Source: Candidatus Latescibacterota bacterium
GTDB taxonomy: Bacteria; Latescibacterota; UBA2968; UBA8231
Length of the DNA stretch: 64,000 nt
Reading direction: 5' to 3'
Assembly: GCA_965203175.1 (NCBI GenBank)
Contig: OZ241867.1
Location: forward strand, 1,632,001-1,696,000
Below are positions 57,438-64,000 of the stretch, piece by piece. How positions within the stretch are numbered: position 1 is the first letter of the stretch; each line of letters starts with the position of its first letter. The notes below the pieces were generated by a model. The model was not told the DNA's origin, made no database searches, and saw nothing but the letters and a program-made list of their open reading frames with translations. Made by a program: the position numbers and the translations under genes.

Positions 57438-59716
57438 GAATTTCTCCGGTCGATGGCAATCAGCAGCGTTGGCAGGAGTAGGAAATCGGCGACAAGCGCG
57501 AAGACAATCGTGATCGTGACCAAAAGGCCGAGCGCCCAGCTCACCTCAAATCCCGATGTGGCAAACACCAGAAAGCCGGCCGACAAGACCGCGGTCGTCG
57601 TCCATAAAGCGTGCCCCACCATGTGGAAGGCGGAGCGCACGGCCTTGGGTGCGGCAAGGCCCTCGCGCCGGGCCTTTAGATATTTGCTCAGAAAATGAAC
57701 CGTATCGTCCACGACAATGCCAAAGACAACGGCGATGACCACCGAGGAAGCAATGCCCACATGGCCGACGAGATAGCCCCACAGCCCAAAGCTCATAATG
57801 GCGGGGATGAAATTGGGCAGCAGACTGAGAAGCCCGACTCGCACGCTCTTGAAAATCCAAATCAGAATGAACGAAATGAGCGCCATAGCCGTTATCGTAC
57901 CGCGCAACATGCTGTTGATGTTGCGCAGCGACAAATGGGCAAAGACCACGCTCAGGCCCGATGCTTCTTGGGCAAAAGTGGGTGCATTGGCGCGCAGCCA
58001 GACCTGGGCGCGCTTATCGAGTTCGCGTATATCGCGCGACCACGCATTTTTGGTTGTCACGACTAGGCGCGTAGCGGATTTGGCGACGTCGATGCGATCG
58101 TTGAGATCGCTGCCAAACGGCAGTGAAAGTTCGTAGAGCAACAGGTACTGCGCTGCGAGGTCAGGATCGTCGGGTAAGCGGTAAAAGGCTGGATCGTCGC
58201 CGTGCATGTTTTTGTTGAGACGCTTCATAATGTCCGAAAACGCCTGGACATGAGTCACTTCAGGTTGCTGCCGGTACCACTCGGCGAACGCATCGACCTT
58301 GCGCAAATAGTCGGGATCAGTGATGCCGCCTTCGCGCCCGGCACTCAGCGAATATTCCAGCTTGTCTAACCCGGTCAGGTTATCAATGACATAATCCGTA
58401 TCGCGCCGGAACTCGTACCGCTCATCAAAGTACTGCGCCATGTTGTCGCTTAGCTCAATGCGGGGAATGCCTATTATCAGCACAACAATCACCAAGGACA
58501 TGGCCACAAGCAGGAATGTACTCCGAGCGATGACAAAGTCGGCGAAGCGGTCGAAAAAGGCCGTTCCCTCGGCTTGGACGCGACGCGCGCGCAATGGCAG
58601 AATCGAGAGCAATGCCGGCAGCAGCGTCATGGTGTATATGAGAGCGCACAATACGCCAAACGCCACGTAATTGCCCAAGACGTGAAACGGCGGCGAATCC
58701 GAGGCGTTCAGGCTGAGAAATCCAATTGCTGTGGTGACCGAGGTGATGAATACCGGATAGGCATTGATGCGAATCGATTCGACAATCGCCGCATTTCTAT
58801 CCAGACCGCGCCTCATACCCAGTAAAACACTCGTGACGATGTGGATCGAATCCGCAATGGCGATCACCATGACGATGATTGGCACGCCAGCGTTGGTGGG
58901 GCTGAACACCACGCCATTCCAGCCGGCAAACCCCATAGTGGTATTGATGACAAACACGAGCACGGCGACAATGGCCAACGTGCTGAGAATCGAGCGCAGG
59001 AGAATAATGGCGGCACCTACGATGATGAGAAACACAATAGGTGTCAGAGTCTGCATGTCGTCCTGTGTAGCATCGGAGAATGTCCGGTGCATGACGACAT
59101 CGCCGGTCATGTAATAGTCAATGTCCGGATGGCTCGTGCGGGCCTCGGCCAGGACCGAATGGAGATAATCGGTGATTTCGATTACGGCTTGGTCTTGATT
59201 TTCAGGCAGGATAAAGTTAATAGCCACCCCGGCCGTGCGTCCGTCGCGAGCGACCAAACGTCCGGCGATTTCGGTAGCATCCAACGCAATCTTTTCGATG
59301 CGCACCACATCGGTATCGCTCAGTGCAGATGCATCCTCGACGAGCGGAGCGACGACCAAATCGTCCTCAAATGCTTCGCTGTGGGTATAGTTGGTAAGAG
59401 AATTGACGCGACTGGAATACGGCGCGCGCCACGCAGCTTCGGTCAATTCCTCAATCGCGCCAAGCGCCTCGCGGGTGAACACCGAACCCGCGCGTGGCGC
59501 AATGGCAATCAGCGCCGCATTAGAGGCGGAATACGTGTTTTCCAAGGCGTCGAACGCGGCGAGTTGCGGATTGTCTTCGCTAAACAGAACGCGGTAATCG
59601 TTGGTAATGGTGATGAAGCGAGCACCCGCCGTGATGGCGAGCATGACCAGCGTTGCGAGCACGACGACCAGCCAGCGGCGGCGCAGCACAGCGGCGATGT
59701 AGCGTTCCAATCGCAT
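57434..59716 (-). CDS. MMPL/RND-family lipid transporter
   Basis: Two TM repeats with IAIADSIH and GIVVDDTVHF; TS.TT.IGF.SL. Confidence 0.92.
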   Translation of the reverse strand: MRLERYIAAVLRRRWLVVVLATLVMLAITAGARFITITNDYRVLFSEDNPQLAAFDALENTYSASNAALIAIAPRAGSVFTREALGAIEELTEAAWRAPYSSRVNSLTNYTHSEAFEDDLVVAPLVEDASALSDTDVVRIEKIALDATEIAGRLVARDGRTAGVAINFILPENQDQAVIEITDYLHSVLAEARTSHPDIDYYMTGDVVMHRTFSDATQDDMQTLTPIVFLIIVGAAIILLRSILSTLAIVAVLVFVINTTMGFAGWNGVVFSPTNAGVPIIVMVIAIADSIHIVTSVLLGMRRGLDRNAAIVESIRINAYPVFITSVTTAIGFLSLNASDSPPFHVLGNYVAFGVLCALIYTMTLLPALLSILPLRARRVQAEGTAFFDRFADFVIARSTFLLVAMSLVIVVLIIGIPRIELSDNMAQYFDERYEFRRDTDYVIDNLTGLDKLEYSLSAGREGGITDPDYLRKVDAFAEWYRQQPEVTHVQAFSDIMKRLNKNMHGDDPAFYRLPDDPDLAAQYLLLYELSLPFGSDLNDRIDVAKSATRLVVTTKNAWSRDIRELDKRAQVWLRANAPTFAQEASGLSVVFAHLSLRNINSMLRGTITAMALISFILIWIFKSVRVGLLSLLPNFIPAIMSFGLWGYLVGHVGIASSVVIAVVFGIVVDDTVHFLSKYLKARREGLAAPKAVRSAFHMVGHALWTTTAVLSAGFLVFATSGFEVSWALGLLVTITIVFALVADFLLLPTLLIAIDRRNS

Positions 59717-59769
59717 AGATATTTTCTAAAGCGGCAAAAGCGACGAGTTGTGGATAACAGAACGCGGTC

Positions 59770-60945
59770 TCACCAACGCGACGCGTCTCCGTGTAGCTCG
59801 TCGGGCAATCGGTAACTGATCCCCTCTTCATCGAGCACAGATATGTCGAGCATGGTCATAAAATTTTGGGTGCGCAGACCTTTGGCACGTTGCCCAGGTC
59901 CCCTAAGGGCATCAATAACCTCTTGGATCCTGCGCCGCATCCGCAAATACACCAATGTCCCGGTCGTCCGACTTTTGGGGAACATGAGTTGGTCGGCGAG
60001 TTCGTCTCCAAGCAATGCGCGCGAAAGGCGGTATCCATAGCTAAGCAGGGCCTTGCGCTCGTCTTTGTCTTCAATGCCGATCACTAAGGGGGCCGAGTTA
60101 ATCACCGAGTTGGCCATGGCAATGGCTTCCACGCCAAAGGGCGGCTCACACATGTAACCCACGCGGAATATCTCGCGGGCTTCGGCTTCATCGCGAAATA
60201 TGAGCGCGTCGGGCACTCCCATCAGCCAAGCGGTGTAGCGCCAGATTTGCATAAAACTGTCGCGCTCTTCGTCGTTTAGCCGCGCCCCAATCCTCCCCGC
60301 GGCCCACAGCATCATTCCAGAGAAGTTACAGGACGCGAGCGCGATGTGGGCAGCACTCAGCGGCATTCCGTGGGCTTCTTGGTCCCAGTCTTCAGAAACG
60401 AGCAACTGTTGCCTGACCCGCGCATGTACCAGCCGGATGCGGACGGACAGTTTCCAACCCTCGCCATGCCGATCTAGGCCGCCTGGTAACATAATCTCTA
60501 AGAGGTGCCGGATATTCTGCCGCAGCCGCCGCACACCCCGATCGGTTAGCCTCCCCGTGATAAAGAATGACTGACTGATTAGGGTCGTGAAACCCCGGAC
60601 GATGATATCAGTGACAAACGCGGTGAGAAACAGGTCTGAGTAGGCGTGGAATTTGCGGCATCCGGCATACACTACCTCGGGATCGAACCACTCAGGCGGC
60701 GTCCCAATCCGATCAAAGAACTCCCTCACTTCCTGCGGCACCGAGCGCAATGCCTCCTCGTCCTCATCCATCCCAGCCCTGATGAACTCGGCCTGCTGCT
60801 TTTGGTCGGCGGCAGCTATTGCATTGACCAAGGCATCGGCTTCGGGATCGCCGATGAGCATGTACTCGATGTACTTATCGGCAAGCTCAGGGTTGGACGC
60901 GCGGGCCTTTTCGTATCCGGGCTGGTATGCAACAGGTATCCTCAT
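59770..60945 (-). CDS. MpaB/DUF2236 (Lcp-like) heme oxygenase family
   Basis: GDP.AD, PEWFD, TGRL, RRL, VRIRLVHARVR, WD....G.P, WRY..WLMGV. Confidence 0.85.
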   Translation of the reverse strand: MRIPVAYQPGYEKARASNPELADKYIEYMLIGDPEADALVNAIAAADQKQQAEFIRAGMDEDEEALRSVPQEVREFFDRIGTPPEWFDPEVVYAGCRKFHAYSDLFLTAFVTDIIVRGFTTLISQSFFITGRLTDRGVRRLRQNIRHLLEIMLPGGLDRHGEGWKLSVRIRLVHARVRQQLLVSEDWDQEAHGMPLSAAHIALASCNFSGMMLWAAGRIGARLNDEERDSFMQIWRYTAWLMGVPDALIFRDEAEAREIFRVGYMCEPPFGVEAIAMANSVINSAPLVIGIEDKDERKALLSYGYRLSRALLGDELADQLMFPKSRTTGTLVYLRMRRRIQEVIDALRGPGQRAKGLRTQNFMTMLDISVLDEEGISYRLPDELHGDASRW

Positions 60946-60966
60946 GGGCTTATGAATCCTTATTTA

Positions 60967-61317
60967 CTATTCCCATTGTCCACTTGCCATAAGGCGTTTC
61001 ATTTCGGCAATGCCATTCCAGACACCTTTCGTCCGTGCTAATTCACAGCGCGTCCCTTGTCCATTGCTTGCCTCGACGTACACAATCACAGGCCATTCGT
61101 CAGGGTCGGATAAGCAGTCCTTTTGGTCGTGATCTACCTCAACGCTGAAAAAGTAGGCCCCATACAACGAGTGGCGGCAAAGTGGGAAACCGCAGTAATA
61201 CCAGCTAAAGAAGGGCCCAGGGGCTAGTTGGTCCACCTTTTCCGTGTCGAGGCTGCCGTTGGGCAATCTGAAAAGGCAAGATTTATTCAGGCCCGAATAA
61301 GAGAACATTTGTCTCAT
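60967..61317 (-). CDS. Hypothetical ORF, possibly a fragment mosaic
   Basis: 116-aa ORF upstream of the oxygenase; no family recognised. Confidence 0.35.
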   Translation of the reverse strand: MRQMFSYSGLNKSCLFRLPNGSLDTEKVDQLAPGPFFSWYYCGFPLCRHSLYGAYFFSVEVDHDQKDCLSDPDEWPVIVYVEASNGQGTRCELARTKGVWNGIAEMKRLMASGQWE

Positions 61318-61405
61318 GGCATCTTCTTAACCGCCCGGGTAAGATAAAGGTGATGCCTGTCCTTTTCTGTCTTCAGAAAACGATAAGTCCCTGCTCAAAA
61401 GAAAT

Positions 61406-61525
61406 CAACGACGAAATCTATTTCCATTTGACCAGTAGCGACTTCCCAACTAGCGCCCTCTGCTGGGAGTGCCGCCTTCGACGCTGTACGGCAAAATGAG
61501 AAAGCTGGGTATTAAAAGTTCCTAG
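61406..61525 (+). pseudogene. Deleted second copy of the propeller-AAA+ regulator
   Basis: 61406-61438 matches 52251-52283 (31/33) and is joined about 20 bp later to the HTH-coding end that matches 53930-53997. Confidence 0.8.
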
Positions 61526-62853
61526 TCGTAGTACTCTTGACCCAAGTGGGTAATTAGATCTTCGCCCTGCAAGAAGCGCAGCGTGTTCTTGAGCTTCATG
61601 AGCTGGATAAAAAGGTCGTGCTCGGGATAGAGATCGGGCGCGGTCATTGGGCTCTTGAAGTAAAACGACAGCCACTCTTGGATCCCCGCCATCTGCGCGC
61701 GCTGCGCCAAGTCGGCAAACAGCACCAAGTCCAAGACCAGCGGTGCGGCGAGAATCGAATCGCGGCAGAGGAAATCGACCTTGATCTGCATGGGCATGCC
61801 CATCCAACCAAAGATGTCGATGTTGTCCCAACCTTCCTTCTCGTCGCCGCGCGGAGGATAGTAGTTGATCCGCACTTTGTGGTAAATATCGCCGTAGAGT
61901 TCGGGGTAGAGGTTGGGCTGCAAGATGAACTCCAGCACGTCGAGCTTGCTGACTTCCTTAGTCTTGAACGAATCCGGGTCGTCGAGCACCTCGCCGTCGC
62001 GATTGCCCAAGATGTTGGTCGAAAACCAGCCCTGCACGCCGAGCATCCGCGCCTTGAGACCCGGAGCTAGCAGGGTCTTCATCAGGGTCTGACCGGTCTT
62101 GAAGTCCTTGCCGCCGATGGGTACGCCCTTTTGCCGCGCCAATTCGACCATGGCCGGGACGTCCACGGTCAAGTTCGGCGCGCCGTTTAGGAAGGGCACA
62201 CCTTCCTGTAGGGCGGCGTACGCGTAGATCATGCTCGGGGGAATGGCCGGGTGGTTTTCCTCGATGGCTTTTTCGAGGCTCTCGATCTCGTTGTGTACTT
62301 CGTGGTGCTGCATGAATATCTCGGTGCTGCCGCACCAGATCATCACCAGCCGCTCGACGCCGTTGTCGGCCTTGAAGCGCTGGATGTCTTCGCGCACTTC
62401 TAGCACGGCATCCCACTTGCTCTTGGCGCTTTTGACGTTGGAGCCTTCGAGGCGGCGCACGTAATTGCGGTCAAAAACCGCGGGCATCGGCTTGACGGCC
62501 TTGAGCGGGTCCGCGATCTGGTCGAGCAGCCTCTGGTCCAAGACGCCAGCGTGGATGGCCGAGTCATAGCCGTCCTCTGGAAAGACGTCCCAGCCGCCGA
62601 AGACTAGGCTGTCGATGTCGGCCAAAGGCACGAAGTCCTTGATGAGCGGTGAGCGTCCTTCAGTGCGCTTGCCCAAGCGGATGGTGCCCATCTGGGTCAG
62701 CGAGCCGATGGGCTGGCCGATGCCGGCTTTGATGGCTTCGACGCCGGCGATAACCGTGGTGGCCACAGCGCCCATGCCGGGAATTAGGACGCCGAGTTTG
62801 CCCGTGGCCGGGGCGATGGATTTGGATTGGTTCACAGGAGTCTCCTTTTGCAT
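61522..62853 (-). CDS. ino1: myo-Inositol-1-phosphate synthase
   Basis: G.GAVATT, FGGWD, NGAPN, GKDFKTGQT, NILGNRDG, CRDSILAAP, SFYFKSP. Confidence 0.95.
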   Translation of the reverse strand: MQKETPVNQSKSIAPATGKLGVLIPGMGAVATTVIAGVEAIKAGIGQPIGSLTQMGTIRLGKRTEGRSPLIKDFVPLADIDSLVFGGWDVFPEDGYDSAIHAGVLDQRLLDQIADPLKAVKPMPAVFDRNYVRRLEGSNVKSAKSKWDAVLEVREDIQRFKADNGVERLVMIWCGSTEIFMQHHEVHNEIESLEKAIEENHPAIPPSMIYAYAALQEGVPFLNGAPNLTVDVPAMVELARQKGVPIGGKDFKTGQTLMKTLLAPGLKARMLGVQGWFSTNILGNRDGEVLDDPDSFKTKEVSKLDVLEFILQPNLYPELYGDIYHKVRINYYPPRGDEKEGWDNIDIFGWMGMPMQIKVDFLCRDSILAAPLVLDLVLFADLAQRAQMAGIQEWLSFYFKSPMTAPDLYPEHDLFIQLMKLKNTLRFLQGEDLITHLGQEYYD

Positions 62854-62998
62854 GGAAGAGGTATTTCATTCGCCGCAAGATAAGATAGAGGGTTCTATTC
62901 ATTGAACAAATTAATTATTACTATGTAATTAATAGAAAAAATTTATAAATCGTACCCAGTCAAACGGGACGTGAGCAGAAATTGCAGCGGGATGGAAA

Positions 62999-63994
62999 TC
63001 AGGCGGCGAGGCGTTCTGGATCGGTGTCGCGCAGTTCCGCGAGGCGATCCAATAAGGGGTCTAGCTCCTTGTAGCTGGCCAGTTCGGCTCTGAGCTGCGC
63101 TGCGCCGCGCAAACCGCGGAAGTACCCGGCGTAGTGACGCCGCGTGCCGACCAGCGCCCCTTGTGGGCCGTCGTGTTCAACGGCCAGTCGCAGATGCTTG
63201 AGGCACAGCTCGGCGCGCTCCTGCCAGCTTGGTTCGGGCAAGAGCGCACCCGTCTTTAGATAGTGCTGAGATTCGCGGAAAATCCACGGGTGGCGGATGG
63301 CGCCGCGGCCGATCATCACCCCGTCGCACCCTGTGCTGTCGAAGGCGTGCTTAACCATTTGCGGCGAGGTCACGTCGCCGTTGAGAATGATCGGTATGGA
63401 GACCGCGGCCTTGACCTTGGGAATCCACTCGTAGTCCACCGCGCCCTTGTGGCCTTGCGCGCGGGTGCGGCAGTGGATAGCCAGCGCCTGCACGCCCAGG
63501 TCCTCGAGCATCTGGGCTACCTCGACGATGCGGATGCTGTGCTGGTCCCAGCCGAGGCGCGTCTTCACGGTCACCGGCAGGTGCGTCGCGCCGATGACGC
63601 GCGAGACGACCTCCTTCATCTGCGGCAAATCGCGCAACAGCCCGGCCCCGGCTCCGCGCAGCGCCACATTGCTCACCCAGCAGCCGCAGTTGATGTCGAT
63701 GAAGTCTGGATGCTGCGCACTGGCGATCTCAGCGGCTTTCTCCATGGACAGCGAGGCCGCGCCGTAGAGCTGGACCGCCAAGGGCCGCTCCGCTTCTGCA
63801 AAGCGCAGCTTGCGAAAAGCGCGCCGCGGCCCGTCGGGGTCCTCGCGCAACAATCCCTCGGCATTGACGAATTCGGTATAGACGATGTCGGCTCCCTGTT
63901 CCCTGCAAATCAGGCGGAACGGTAACTCAGAGACATCCTCCATGGGCGCGAGCAGGATGCCGGGATCAGCGGTTATTGGGCCGATGCGGAACAT
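62999..63994 (-). CDS. dusB: tRNA-dihydrouridine synthase (DusB-like)
   Basis: LAPMED, YTEF, QLYG, DINCGC, GAGLL, TVKTRLGWD, H.RTR.Q, NGD, MIGRG...PWIF. Confidence 0.9.
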   Translation of the reverse strand: MFRIGPITADPGILLAPMEDVSELPFRLICREQGADIVYTEFVNAEGLLREDPDGPRRAFRKLRFAEAERPLAVQLYGAASLSMEKAAEIASAQHPDFIDINCGCWVSNVALRGAGAGLLRDLPQMKEVVSRVIGATHLPVTVKTRLGWDQHSIRIVEVAQMLEDLGVQALAIHCRTRAQGHKGAVDYEWIPKVKAAVSIPIILNGDVTSPQMVKHAFDSTGCDGVMIGRGAIRHPWIFRESQHYLKTGALLPEPSWQERAELCLKHLRLAVEHDGPQGALVGTRRHYAGYFRGLRGAAQLRAELASYKELDPLLDRLAELRDTDPERLAA

Positions 63995-64000
63995 TATTTC

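Noticed and set aside
58841-59815. 324-aa antisense ORF to MMPL, and other long antisense ORFs
   Set aside because: Shadow frames of well-supported genes with no recognisable motifs
1-64000. CRISPR array, rRNA, transposase, reverse transcriptase
   Set aside because: No repeat-spacer arrays or corresponding motifs seen; the 134-bp repeat differences are not adenine-restricted, so it is not a DGR template/variable pair

Overview
GC-rich bacterial chromosome segment that is mostly catabolic. It carries six PhyH-type Fe(II)/2OG dioxygenases, enolase-superfamily enzymes, Gfo/Idh/MocA oxidoreductases, a CaiB CoA transferase, a sugar ABC transporter and three secreted proteins with FlgD-Ig/T9SS-like tails. 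This gene content resembles Latescibacterota/Poribacteria-like organisms (inference only). Housekeeping genes include an nfeD-nfeD-floA operon followed by tRNA-Leu(CAA), hrpA, pgl, pheA, ino1 and a dus gene. Lower-GC patches hold an Xre-RES toxin-antitoxin pair and a decayed hicB/vapBC chimera. The most structured region is about 50228-61591, an island with no integrase at the 3' end of ino1. The end of ino1 occurs three times there, and two duplicated units have decayed in complementary ways, leaving short stitched gene remnants. The island encodes a cytoplasmic beta-propeller/YYY-AAA+ regulator lacking GAFTGA, and an MpaB/Lcp-type oxygenase + MMPL + LolA-like + outer-membrane protein module with a sigma54-type promoter before a STAS gene. 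Two short ORFs absent from the ORF track were read by hand: a 52-aa internally repeated membrane peptide, and a 15-aa Trp-Trp leader before pnuC-pheA. Products are assigned by motif recognition only; no database searches were run.
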